Source: an uncultured virus (IMG/VR IMGVR_UViG_3300035093_000027)
Taxonomy: Duplodnaviria > Heunggongvirae > Uroviricota > Caudoviricetes
IMG/VR virus record: IMGVR_UViG_3300035093_000027
Reading direction: 5' to 3' (one strand)
DNA length: 64,000 nt
Position 1 is the first letter of the stretch. Each line of letters starts with the position of its first letter. The position numbers and the translations under genes are program-made. This document shows, piece after piece, positions 28,238 to 38,285 of this stretch. The notes beneath the pieces were generated by a model that searched no databases, was not told the origin of the DNA, and saw only the letters and a program-made list of their open reading frames with translations.

Positions 28238-28785
28238 CAACTGCCGCTTGGTACCGTGATGGTCATGTGTGGCTCGCGGGTGACGTGTTCTCCGCGCCCG
28301 CAAAGATCACCGTCGATGACGCCGCTGCGTTGATCGTGAACATCCGGTCTGCGTTACAGGACGCGGCACGGAGCAACCGTGCGGATGGTCGCGAAGCGCT
28401 CGGGTCGATGTATCGCGCATCGATCGCAGAGGCTAGTGAACAACTTCTTCTGATGCGCATCGACGATCTAGTGGTCGACGACCAGCCGTGCCCTGTGCGC
28501 CTCGCGAACTGCAGTCAGAATCGTGGAGCGTTGTACATTGGACTTCTCGTGATGATGTCCGCGAGGGAGATCATGCGGACGAAGAACCTGGGCAGGACGA
28601 CGTGTCGCCAACTCGAACGAGGACTCGCGGAACTCGGTCTGCATCTCGCTCCGCCGGACTTCCACAAGGCTCGACCGGATGCTTGGGGAGGATTCTGGCA
28701 AGAAATAAACCCTGAACTACTCGATCGTCTAGCAGCGATGCGACCCGAGGTTGCGGACACGCTGCGTGAAAGCATGCGCCGATGA
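28234..28785 (+). CDS. Protein with RNA polymerase alpha-subunit CTD-like domain
   Basis: RIDDL..PVRLANC..ALYIGLLV..EIMRTKNLGR..LAELGLHL matches the RpoA CTD pattern. Confidence 0.75.
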   Translation: MTTAAWYRDGHVWLAGDVFSAPAKITVDDAAALIVNIRSALQDAARSNRADGREALGSMYRASIAEASEQLLLMRIDDLVVDDQPCPVRLANCSQNRGALYIGLLVMMSAREIMRTKNLGRTTCRQLERGLAELGLHLAPPDFHKARPDAWGGFWQEINPELLDRLAAMRPEVADTLRESMRR

Positions 28786-29452
28786 GCGCCAAGGGAGAAC
28801 CGATGACCGAAGAAGAGATCCGCGCCGACGAGCGCCGCCACTGGGCCAAGGTCGTGTTCGTCGTGATGCTCGAAGCGAAGCAAAAGGCCCAAACAGATCC
28901 GTCGTTCGACAAGGCGTGGCGCACGCTCGCGGTGCTTGCCTCACGGATGCTCGAGGACGACACACCGGTGGGTGCTGACATGGAGGCGGTCTCGAAGCGC
29001 CTTAGGGCCGCCGGGTTCAAGATCGGAGACGATGCATGAGCGAACCCGTCAAGCAACCTCGCAGTGCGTGGGACGCGATGCCGACGCGGCAGGCCGAGCT
29101 CCGCGCGGCACAGCATCCGGTCGCCGGCGATCGCTGGGAAGAGATGATGTCGTACTGGATCCACGTCGATGAGGTCACCGACGAGCACGTGCTCGTGCGG
29201 TGCTACGTCGGTCCGTGCCAGATGCGACCGGAGGAGTGCAGGCAGGAGCACACTGTGCCGCGCGCGGAGTTTCGCGACTGGATCCTCTCGCGTGGTGTGT
29301 TCTTCGACGGAAACGCGCGCTACGTCGCCATGGCTGGTGGGAGCTACGCCGAGGGTGGGTTCGCAGGCGCGACGATGAAGAAGATCGAGCACTGGACGAC
29401 GACGGACTGGCGCGCAGCACAAGGGATCGAGAAGGAGAAGGACGAACCATGA
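28782..29452 (+). CDS. Two coupled hypothetical ORFs (28782-29039, 29036-29452)
   Basis: ATGA overlaps. Confidence 0.55.
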
Positions 29453-29709
29453 AGATCGAGACGTTCACCGACGACAACAACGAGACGCGCTTCCGCGTGG
29501 TCGCGGCCAACGGCCAGATCGTGCTCACGCCACACGAGGGCTACACGCGCAAGGCCGACTGCCACCGTGCGATCGTCGACAACTTCGCCGCCATCGTCGA
29601 CGGCGTGATGGGCGACGGAATGATCGTCGTCGACGAGGACGGCACAGAGCAGCGCCTCATGCTCCGGCGCGAGCCGGACAAATCCATCTCGCTCTATCTG
29701 CAGGAGTAG
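29449..29709 (+). CDS. YegP/DUF1508 family protein
   Basis: RFRVVAANGQIV..EGYTRKADC..AI. Confidence 0.8.
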   Translation: MKIETFTDDNNETRFRVVAANGQIVLTPHEGYTRKADCHRAIVDNFAAIVDGVMGDGMIVVDEDGTEQRLMLRREPDKSISLYLQE

Positions 29710-29712
29710 ACC

Positions 29713-30999
29713 ATGCCGATCAGTCTCAAAGTGCTCATGCCGCGTCCGTCGGAAGCGGGCAAGATCAAGGTCGGATGTGTCGTCAGCCGCAAGGGCAAGG
29801 GCGGCAAGCTGCCGCAGAAGTTCGAGAGCAAGGACGGCCCGTACTTCATGATCACCAAGACGCTTCGCGGACACGACGACGCGGCCAACTTCATCATCGA
29901 CGCCAAGATCATGAAGGAGCTCGAGCAGTACGCGGACAAGGACAGCGATGGCGTGATGCGTCTGCGCCAGATCCCGATCCGTCTCGACTCGGACATCATC
30001 GAGCAGATCGCGCCCACGCGCCTGGCGATGTACAAGGGCACCAACCTGTTCTGTGCCGGCACAGGTGACGGCAAAGAAGCCGCGACACGCTGGACGAGTT
30101 CGGCTCCCGGCCAGCAGGTGTCGACCAAGGTCGATTGCCCCTGCGAGTTCTTGCGCGCGCGTGGCGACGAGAAGTGCAAGCCCAACCTCATCCTGTGGTG
30201 CACGATCGACGCAGGAGGGGAGACGCGGCTCGGTGTGCGGCACGCGTTCCGCACCACCGGATGGAACTCGATCAAGTCGATCCTCGCGGGGCTCGAGCTG
30301 ATCCAGGAGCAGGTCGGCACGTTGCGTGGCCCGAAGTTCTGGCTGTGCGTGAAGTGGGATCTGAAGAAGGACGCGACCGGACAGAGCCGCCGCGTTCCGG
30401 TGGCGTACATCGAGTGCCGCACCAACGATCTCTCCGCGCTACGCCGCGATGCGATCATGACGGAGCGCACCCGGCTCGAGGTCGTGCGGCTTCGCGACCC
30501 GGCCGTGCTCTCACTGCCGGCGCCTGCGGTCGACGAGTCGAAGGCGACGCAGGCTGCTGTCACCGCCGAGTGGTACCCGACGCCGGATGCTGCGCGTGAC
30601 CAGCCGGATGATGGCGACGAGGACGACGACGAGGCGTTCTACAACCCCGAGACCGGCGAGGTCTACGAGGACGAGGATGACGGCGAGCGACCGACCGTCA
30701 CGCCGCAGATGGCTCCGAAGGAGGAACCGAATCCGGAACCGAAGGCCGAACCGGTTGAGGCCACCGATCCGCCGCCGCGCTGGCACAAGGTGCTCGGCCC
30801 GAAGCTCGCCAAGCTCGTCGAGATCCGCGGCTTGGACAAGGGACAGCAGTCCATGAAGGAGGTCCTCGAGCAACTCACTACGGACAAGTTCGGTGAGCCG
30901 ATTCCGTTCATGAAGATGACGACCGAGCAGGCGGCCGCGATCGACCTCATGGTCGAAGCGGAGATCAAGAAGAAGGCCGACGAGGTCTGGGTGCCATGA
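29713..30999 (+). CDS. Gp3-like (recombination directionality factor-like) phage protein
   Basis: AGKIKVG..KLPQK..F, CPC..CKP, FRTTGWNSI; acidic linker. Confidence 0.6.
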   Translation: MPISLKVLMPRPSEAGKIKVGCVVSRKGKGGKLPQKFESKDGPYFMITKTLRGHDDAANFIIDAKIMKELEQYADKDSDGVMRLRQIPIRLDSDIIEQIAPTRLAMYKGTNLFCAGTGDGKEAATRWTSSAPGQQVSTKVDCPCEFLRARGDEKCKPNLILWCTIDAGGETRLGVRHAFRTTGWNSIKSILAGLELIQEQVGTLRGPKFWLCVKWDLKKDATGQSRRVPVAYIECRTNDLSALRRDAIMTERTRLEVVRLRDPAVLSLPAPAVDESKATQAAVTAEWYPTPDAARDQPDDGDEDDDEAFYNPETGEVYEDEDDGERPTVTPQMAPKEEPNPEPKAEPVEATDPPPRWHKVLGPKLAKLVEIRGLDKGQQSMKEVLEQLTTDKFGEPIPFMKMTTEQAAAIDLMVEAEIKKKADEVWVP

Positions 31000-32222
31000 C
31001 CGCGAACGCGTCCAACTACGAGATCCGATTATCCGACGAGCAGCAGCGTGCCGTTGACAGCGTGCTCTTGTGGTTGCACGACCTTGGTCTGCAGGACGCC
31101 GGCATGATCGAAGGCTGGGATCCGCCCTCGCTAACGCCACCGAGACGGTTCCGTCTCGGCGGCCTCGCTGGCACTGGCAAGACGACGATGATCCGGTGGA
31201 TCAAGCAGATCGTCGGCTCCGGCGTAGCCGTGTGCGCGTTCACAGGGCGCGCGGCGTACGTGCTGCGCAACAAGGGCCTGACGGAGGCCGCGACGATCCA
31301 CCGGACGATCTACGACCCGGTTCCCGCGTGCGACGTGTGCGGCATGGCGGCCCGCGACTTCGCTGAGGACCCCGATCACTGGTGTCCGCACCCCAGCGTG
31401 TCGGTCCGGTTCCGTCGCAAGACGATGCTGCCGTACAGCCTCATCGTGGTCGACGAGGCCTCCATGGTGAACCGCGACATCATGGAAGATCTGGAGAGCT
31501 TCCGCGCGCCAGTGCTCTACGTCGGCGACCATGGCCAGCTCGAGCCGATCGGCGACAACCCCAATCTCATGGTGGATCCGGACATCGTGCTCGAGACGAT
31601 CCACCGGCAAGCGGAAGGATCTCCGATCCTCGAGCTCGCACACCTGGTCCGCAGCGGCAAGCGTCCGGTGACGACCGGTCCGGAGGCGATGGTCGTCGAG
31701 GCAAACACGATGCCCCGCGACGCACCGGAGTACGACGTTGTGATCTGTGGCTTCAATAAGGAGCGCGTGGCGATCAACTACTGGTTCCGTCGACGGCACG
31801 GACGCACTGGCGACGTACAGGCTGGCGATCGTGTGGTGTGCCTGCGCAACGACCACGAGCGCGGGATCTTCAACGGCATGCTGGCCACCGTGCTCGAGGC
31901 GCGCGTCGGCAAGGCCGACAACGGCCGCTCGATGCCGACGATCGACGTCCAGGACGACATGGGCGACAAGTGGACGTCGCTGCCGTACGCACCCGAGCAG
32001 TTCGGAGCCGAGTCGACGCTCAAGGGAATCCGCAAAGAGAAGACGTTGTGGGACTTCGGCTACGCGTTGACCTGTCACCGCGCCCAAGGCGGCGAGTGGG
32101 ATCGCGTGCTCGTGCTCGAGCAGATCGGACGATCGTGGGAGCCCGCGCGCTGGCGCTACACCGCGGTGACGCGCGCGGCAAAGCAACTCGTGTACTGCGT
32201 GAACAAAGGGAGGGTGCGATGA
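30996..32222 (+). CDS. RecD/Dda-like SF1 helicase
   Basis: GLAGTGKT, AFTGRAA, TIHR, DEASMV, GDHGQL, YALTCHRAQG, YTAVTRA. Confidence 0.92.
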   Translation: MTANASNYEIRLSDEQQRAVDSVLLWLHDLGLQDAGMIEGWDPPSLTPPRRFRLGGLAGTGKTTMIRWIKQIVGSGVAVCAFTGRAAYVLRNKGLTEAATIHRTIYDPVPACDVCGMAARDFAEDPDHWCPHPSVSVRFRRKTMLPYSLIVVDEASMVNRDIMEDLESFRAPVLYVGDHGQLEPIGDNPNLMVDPDIVLETIHRQAEGSPILELAHLVRSGKRPVTTGPEAMVVEANTMPRDAPEYDVVICGFNKERVAINYWFRRRHGRTGDVQAGDRVVCLRNDHERGIFNGMLATVLEARVGKADNGRSMPTIDVQDDMGDKWTSLPYAPEQFGAESTLKGIRKEKTLWDFGYALTCHRAQGGEWDRVLVLEQIGRSWEPARWRYTAVTRAAKQLVYCVNKGRVR

Positions 32223-33895
32223 CGGACACGGAGCCAGATTGGGACAAGGTAGCCAGCGAAGCCGCGGTCGAGGTAGGACGTGGCATCGCGCTGATCTTCA
32301 TGCGGCGTCGGCAGATCCAGCGGGAATCGCTCCCGCCTTGGGATCTGTCCGAGGCGTTCGCGCTCGTGCATGCGGCTGGTCGTCGCCGAGACAAGGCACG
32401 ACTCACCACGATCGAAGGAGACAAGTAGATGTTCGTCATCGACGCAACCGGCAAGACCGAGTTCGTTCTACTCGCGGGCACCGAGCACGAGGTTCGCTTC
32501 GACTGGCCCACGGGCGCGTGCCCGCCCGGCACTTGGGGAGAGAAGGTCTACGCGGCGCTGGCGAAGCTGCGCACGCTGCTGAGCCACCAGTCGCCGCAGT
32601 TGGTGCCGCTGGTCGACGGGATCCTGCTCGGGTGGGTCTACGCTTCCATCGAGGCCCAGCGGCTGCGGGACGACAACACCGCGCTCGAGGCACGGCTGAA
32701 GAAGGTCGAGCACGACCTGAAGAACGTCATGGCGGCGCAGGTGGCTCGCGACCTGCTGATTGGCCGCAATGCCTGAGCGCAAGCACCTGCGGGTCGACCC
32801 CGCTCGCCGCCTGCACGGCGCTACGCCCAAGCTCCCCCAGTTCGCGCGCGCGTTCGTCGAAGACGGCACCGTCGACACCGTCGCAGTCGAAGAGCTCGAC
32901 GCGCCGTCGTTCCTCGTGTGGATGGCAAGCCGCGACAGCCGGGCGTTCGTCGAGGACTGTCTCGCGCGGTCGCTCGGCTACGGATTCCTCCACCAGCGCG
33001 ATCGGATGGGACACTGGCCGGCCGAAGTGCCCAAGCTCGCCGAGGCCGACGAGAAGGATCAGACATGACCATCCGTGACATTCGAGAGTTTGCGAAGGAA
33101 CTGGCTGGCGATCCGTACATCGGTGATGCGTCGACGTGTCCGCGCTGTCGCGCAACGGACGACAGCGACCACCCCATCGAGAGCGGCCCGTTCGTCGACA
33201 ACCTCGGCGACGGCGAGCACGTCTGCTGTACCCGGTGCGGGTTCTGCTGGCAGCCATTCGGAGAACACGAGTGGCCGTGCGCAGTTTGCTGTGCGGGCAC
33301 AGACGACGCGCAGTACGTCGTCAACGCCGCGCTCGCTCGGGACGTGCAGCGTCTTCGCAAGGAGAGCGCGAGCTTCGAGGCACGTTGGCGCGAGGCCGGC
33401 GATCGGGCGATGTCCGAGTGCGGCCGCCGACAGCAACTCGAGTCCGATCTTCGCGGGATGCTCGCGTCTCCGCCCGAGGCGTGGCGCGTCAGCGGCATGT
33501 TCGACATGCTGCGGCGCTTCATCGAGTCGTCGAGTCGCGGACTCGGACACGAGTTGGCGGTACCGCTGTCACGGGTGACCACGGAAGGAGCACGCGAGAT
33601 CCTGCGCGTGTGGACGCTGCCCGACGACACGATCATGGTTGCGCTCGATGGCACTGCAGGTCTCGCGGCACGTGCCGGCCGCGACGATGACGACGAGCGC
33701 GAGTACGAGCCCGCTCGCTGGGGTGTCTTGCTGCACGACGTCGCCAAGAACGTCGCGACTTGGTACGCATCTCGGATGGAGGACGAGAATGGCAACTGCG
33801 CCGATCCGGACAACGTGATCACGCTCATCGAAACGCGATTCGCCTACGAAGCCGTGCGTCCAACGAGCGACGCCCGCGAGTTGAGACGGGACTAA
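32219..33895 (+). CDS. Four hypothetical ORFs (32219-32428, 32429-32776, 32769-33068, 33065-33895; last is Cys-rich)
   Basis: Coupled ORFs; CxxC motifs in the last. Confidence 0.5.
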
Positions 33896-34078
33896 GGGAC
33901 CACGATGCCTCCCACGGACCCGTACATCGAGCAGTGCTCGCACTGCGACTTCGATCCCGACTACGACGCGTGGGAGAGCCACGACAAGACGTGCCCAGGG
34001 TACGTCGACCGGGACGAAGCCAAGCGTGCTCACGAAACGATCACCGCGGCGACATATCCGAAGGACTGCGCCTGATCG

Positions 34079-35296
34079 ATGGTGCACGCGATGGAGATCT
34101 GTGGGTGCGCCGGCGGCATGGCGCTGGGCTTCCGGCGCGCCGGCCTCGAGTTCGATCTTGTGGTCGACCGCGATGCGGACGCGTGCGCGTCGTACACCCA
34201 CAACCTCGGGCACGCACCGTTACGAATGGATCTCCGCGACCTGTTGCGCATGGCCGAGTCGGGCTGGCACCCCGGGCGAGGCGTGCTCGATCTTCTGGTC
34301 GCGGATCCGCCGTGCCAGCCGTGGTCGAGCGCGGGCAAGCAACAAGGCCTCGGCGACGAGCGCGACTGCCTGCGGCCGCTCATGGCGCTCGTGGCCGTGC
34401 TGCTGCCGCGGGCGTTCCTGCTCGGCAACGTGCCCGGACTTGAGTACGAGAACGCCCAGGCTGCGCTCGCCGAGACCGTCGGTGCTCTCTCGTACCGCGG
34501 CTATTGCATCGACCACTGCGTTCTCGATGCCGCCGACTACGGCGTCCCTCAGCGCCGGATCCGTCCGTTCTGGTTCGCGCATCGCGGAGGGCCATGTATC
34601 ACGTGGCCAACTCCGACGCACGGTCCACCCACGGACCAGCTTGAGATCGGCGGCACCGAGCTCTACCCATGGGTGACCTGCCGCCAAGCGCTGTGCGATC
34701 TTCCGCTGTCCGAGATCGGGCAGGTGCGCGGGCTCAGGCCACCGAAAAAGAACGAGGACGGATCGGGGCATCCGTGGTCAGAGGTCGATGCGCCGGCGCG
34801 GACGATCTGCGCGCGCCGTGACGGAGGCAGCGGGGGCGGCGACGTCCTGAAGGTCATGGAGTGGCCTTGGGATCGACCGGCCACGACCGTGTGCGCCGAG
34901 AACTGGATCCCGCAGCCGGGGCACTGCTTCACTAAGGGCGAGCTCAAGGGGGCCAAGTACGAGGGCAAGACGTATCAGGGCTGGCGCGCCGTCGTGCTGT
35001 CCGAGCGCGCCCGAGCGCGACTGCAGTCGTTCCCGGACATGCTGTGCGGATGCAATGGCGGGTTTCCGACCGCTGAGATCTATCGGTTGGTGGAGGCCGT
35101 TCAGATGGTAGAGCCCATCGATGCATCGGGACGGATCTACCGCGCCGAAGACTGCTGCGAGACGTGCTGGTTGCCACGGCGTCCGTGGCGGTTCATCGGC
35201 CAGACCAAGGGCAGTCGAAACGCACAGATAGGGATGGCCATGCCACCGCTGCTCTCCTCAGTGATCGGACGAAGCGTGAAGGAGTGGTTCGGATGA
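34079..35296 (+). CDS. C5 cytosine DNA methyltransferase with atypical motifs
   Basis: CGCAGG, DPPCQPWS, GNV in place of ENV, YGVPQRRIR, ARLQSFPD, QIGMAMPP. Confidence 0.85.
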   Translation: MVHAMEICGCAGGMALGFRRAGLEFDLVVDRDADACASYTHNLGHAPLRMDLRDLLRMAESGWHPGRGVLDLLVADPPCQPWSSAGKQQGLGDERDCLRPLMALVAVLLPRAFLLGNVPGLEYENAQAALAETVGALSYRGYCIDHCVLDAADYGVPQRRIRPFWFAHRGGPCITWPTPTHGPPTDQLEIGGTELYPWVTCRQALCDLPLSEIGQVRGLRPPKKNEDGSGHPWSEVDAPARTICARRDGGSGGGDVLKVMEWPWDRPATTVCAENWIPQPGHCFTKGELKGAKYEGKTYQGWRAVVLSERARARLQSFPDMLCGCNGGFPTAEIYRLVEAVQMVEPIDASGRIYRAEDCCETCWLPRRPWRFIGQTKGSRNAQIGMAMPPLLSSVIGRSVKEWFG

Positions 35297-35751
35297 AGGT
35301 CAATCGCGATCGTACGTTCCATGCTGCTTGCGTCTACGGCGTGACGCCCTACCAGACGTTCGTAGACGCGTTGGCGAACCAGGATGATCGTCACTTGGAA
35401 CACCTCTGCCACGAGGTTGCACACGCGCTGTTGCTTCCGATCCGTTCACATCTCTACTCCGCGGAGCCTACGTGCCTCAGCAGTCTCATCGAGGACGAGT
35501 TGCGGTCTACGCGTCATCGGCGTAAGTACCGCGATGAGGCGCACGTGCTCGTGGCAACGAGCCGACTGCTGAAGCCGCTGTGCGAAGGCGCGACGCAGAA
35601 GATCTTCGAAAATGTGTCTCGCGGGCAGCGTGTGAGACGACGCGAATGGCGTGCTGCGCTGGCGTCCCCGCGGGCTCGCGTCCTCGAGAGAGATCTCCGT
35701 GCGTTGCTTGTGCGGTGGGGCGTGCTGGTACTGGAGGTGAGCGATGGCTGA
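35293..35751 (+). CDS. HEXXH-motif protein (zincin-like)
   Basis: CHEVAHALL...DEAHV. Confidence 0.5.
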   Translation: MKVNRDRTFHAACVYGVTPYQTFVDALANQDDRHLEHLCHEVAHALLLPIRSHLYSAEPTCLSSLIEDELRSTRHRRKYRDEAHVLVATSRLLKPLCEGATQKIFENVSRGQRVRRREWRAALASPRARVLERDLRALLVRWGVLVLEVSDG

Positions 35752-35778
35752 GATACTTCCGCCTGAACCAGAGGATCC

Positions 35779-36051
35779 ATGACTGCCACGAAGGATGAGA
35801 TCGATCGCGCGTACGCCATCATCGAGGAGGTGATGGGAGATCCCGAGCACTTGCTGTACACCGCGCTCGACATCGAGAGCGTCTGCGGATGGAGGATCCA
35901 TGACGATGCGCCGAAGTGCGGTGCGGCCGTACGCAAGGCGTGCTTTCTGTTCGCGACCGATGAACACGGACAGGTGCACGCGGTCACTTACTGCGACCAC
36001 CACGCTGACTGCATGACCGAAGCTGCTGCGTCTCGACGACGCAAGAACTGA
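35779..36051 (+). CDS. Small Cys-containing hypothetical protein
   Basis: GAGG RBS. Confidence 0.5.
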   Translation: MTATKDEIDRAYAIIEEVMGDPEHLLYTALDIESVCGWRIHDDAPKCGAAVRKACFLFATDEHGQVHAVTYCDHHADCMTEAAASRRRKN

Positions 36052-36147
36052 TCGAGGAGAGCCCCACCCATGACCGACGACAACCAAGCGATGCGCAAAG
36101 CCCGGGTGCGCGCCACCTGCTTTCGTCCAGTAAGGAGAGAGATCACG

Positions 36148-36624
36148 ATGAGCAAGAAAACCAAGAAGCCGTTCGCCACCAAGCCTCCAAAGGGCACTGT
36201 CCACGTCCATCTCGTCATCGGCGTAGCCGTCAGTGGGGATGTCGAAGTGGTGCATGCCTTGCCGCACCAGAGCATGGATTCTGTGATCGCGGAAGCAACA
36301 CCGTATCTCGGCGGCCCCACGGATCATCATGTCTGCGTGCTGAGGTTGCCGATCCCGAAGATGACGAAGGCGAAGAAGATCAAGGCGAAGAAGGTGACCA
36401 AGGCGGCCGACTCGAAGAAGAAGGCGGTCAAGAAGACCAGCAAGAAGAAGGCGTCGAAGGTGACGCGTCCCAAGCGAGTGCTGGGCCGCATCGAAGAGCC
36501 GATCCGTCCCGCGAAGGCGAAGCGCGTCCGCCACGACGATGCCGCCGCCGCGATCCAGCCGGCGGAGCTCAACTCGGACGGTACGATGCCCGACGAGATG
36601 CCAGCCGACCCGAGCGCGAACTGA
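36148..36624 (+). CDS. Protein with Lys/Ala-rich histone H1-like tail
   Basis: AAGGAG RBS; KAKKIKAKKVTKAADSKKKAVKKTSKKK. Confidence 0.65.
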   Translation: MSKKTKKPFATKPPKGTVHVHLVIGVAVSGDVEVVHALPHQSMDSVIAEATPYLGGPTDHHVCVLRLPIPKMTKAKKIKAKKVTKAADSKKKAVKKTSKKKASKVTRPKRVLGRIEEPIRPAKAKRVRHDDAAAAIQPAELNSDGTMPDEMPADPSAN

Positions 36625-36631
36625 GGTCACG

Positions 36632-37510
36632 ATGGCGAAGGGGAAGCGCAAGACGCAAGAGCCGGCCGGCGAGCCCGTCAAGCTGACGACGTCGGACGCG
36701 GTCGTCGCCCTCCTCCGCCAGCGCTACGCCGCACCCGCGTGGGCGTTCTTCGAGAACGTCGCCGACGGGACCGGCGGAGCTGCCAACCGCTACGCCGACG
36801 GGCTGGCGATGTCGCTGTGGCCGAGCCGTGGGCTCACCATCGAGGGGTTCGAGGTCAAGGTGAGCCGCCAAGACGTCGTGCGCGAGCTCGAGACGCCGCA
36901 GAAGGCCGACGCGGTCGGCCGCTACTGCGACGCGTGGTGGCTCGTCGTGGGCTCGGCCTCGCTCGTCGCCATCGACGAGTTGCCCGGAGCGTGGGGACTG
37001 CTGGTGCCCACCAAGATCCGCGGAGTCATCTCGTTGCGTGCTGCGAAGGCGGCCGCACCGCTCGAGCCGCGCGCGATCGATCGCAAGTTCTTGGCGGCGC
37101 TGCTGCGGCGCACCGCCGAGCGCTTCGATCCGGTGCGAGTTCGGCAGGACATCCGAGCCGAGATCTACAAAGAGGTGAGCGAGCAGGTGCACAAGGACGT
37201 CGACGGCCAGCACGAGTACAGGGTCGCCGAACTCGAGAGGATGCTCGAGCACGCGCACACGAAGGCCTCGGAGTCCGTCGCAGCGCTGCGCAAGGTGAGC
37301 AAGTTGGGCTACGACGCGGACGTCATCGAACGCGCATGCGCGCTGCTGCGTTGGTTCGGGGCGTGGAACGGTGGACCGAAGCAGATCGAGCAAGCCGATC
37401 GCACGTTGCGCAACGAGATCGCGAATCTCACACAGACCGCGGACGCGCTCGCGTCTGTTCGTGAGTTGCTCGATCTCCTACAGAGCTCGGCCAAGACCGG
37501 CGACACGTGA
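36632..37510 (+). CDS. PD-(D/E)xK nuclease-like (MmcB-like) protein with coiled coil
   Basis: RYADGLAMSLWPSRG..GFEVKVSRQD. Confidence 0.7.
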   Translation: MAKGKRKTQEPAGEPVKLTTSDAVVALLRQRYAAPAWAFFENVADGTGGAANRYADGLAMSLWPSRGLTIEGFEVKVSRQDVVRELETPQKADAVGRYCDAWWLVVGSASLVAIDELPGAWGLLVPTKIRGVISLRAAKAAAPLEPRAIDRKFLAALLRRTAERFDPVRVRQDIRAEIYKEVSEQVHKDVDGQHEYRVAELERMLEHAHTKASESVAALRKVSKLGYDADVIERACALLRWFGAWNGGPKQIEQADRTLRNEIANLTQTADALASVRELLDLLQSSAKTGDT

Positions 37511-37562
37511 TCGGTTGCGGATCGTTCCCGGTGGGCTAGGCCGTGGCCCGGAGGGCATCACC

Positions 37563-37718
37563 ATGTCGTGGCCCATGATCCTGTTCGTCGTCCTGTTGAT
37601 CGCGCTGCTCGGTGTCGCGCCTGTGTGGCCCTACAGCCGCTCCTGGGGACCGCTGCCCAGCGTCGCGCTGCTCGTCGCAACGATCCTCGTTGGGCTCAAG
37701 GTGTTCGGCGCACTCTGA
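37563..37718 (+). CDS. DUF3309 family small membrane protein
   Basis: LLIALLGVAPVWPYSRSWG. Confidence 0.75.
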   Translation: MSWPMILFVVLLIALLGVAPVWPYSRSWGPLPSVALLVATILVGLKVFGAL

Positions 37719-37910
37719 GCCTACGTCGCGAGTTCGCGTAGTGGCGCGAGAGTTCTCGTCGGGCGAAAGGAAATGGCCGCCGAGTGGCCGGTGCACGAGG
37801 TCTGATCCCTATTCATGTGCCTTGCGGCGCGCGTGTGGGCATCGGCTCGATGGCGGCTCCCCACCGTAGAGGACTCGCGTGGTCGTCGTCAAGCCTGTAC
37901 GCTCGCCCCC

Positions 37911-38285
37911 ATGGCCAGCACTCAAGCGAAGAAAAAGGTCCGCCGCTCCGGTGGCACAGCCCACCCCGCCGCGTCGAAGCGCAAGCTGCTCGCCCCCGTA
38001 CACGCGGCCGCGTCCCTCGGCTCGCCGACCCTGCGCGTCGTCGCGAATCCCGAGTCGCTCGAGGGCCGCATCGTCGCGCTCGAGAAGACCGTGGCTGGCC
38101 AGCGCAACGAGATCAACCGCGCGCTCGGCATGCTCGACCAACTCGTTGCCGCCGGCGCGCGGATCGTCGCCGAGGCCGCCGAGTCGTCGAAGACCCAAGC
38201 GCCGCTGTTCGACCCGAGCTCAACTGCCAGCGCCGAAGCGTCCGTCGATGCGGGTGCGCAGGATCTCGGCGGCGAGACGGCGTGA
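37911..38285 (+). CDS. Hypothetical protein, basic N-terminus and coiled coil
   Basis: TACGCT box 7 nt before ATG. Confidence 0.55.
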   Translation: MASTQAKKKVRRSGGTAHPAASKRKLLAPVHAAASLGSPTLRVVANPESLEGRIVALEKTVAGQRNEINRALGMLDQLVAAGARIVAEAAESSKTQAPLFDPSSTASAEASVDAGAQDLGGETA

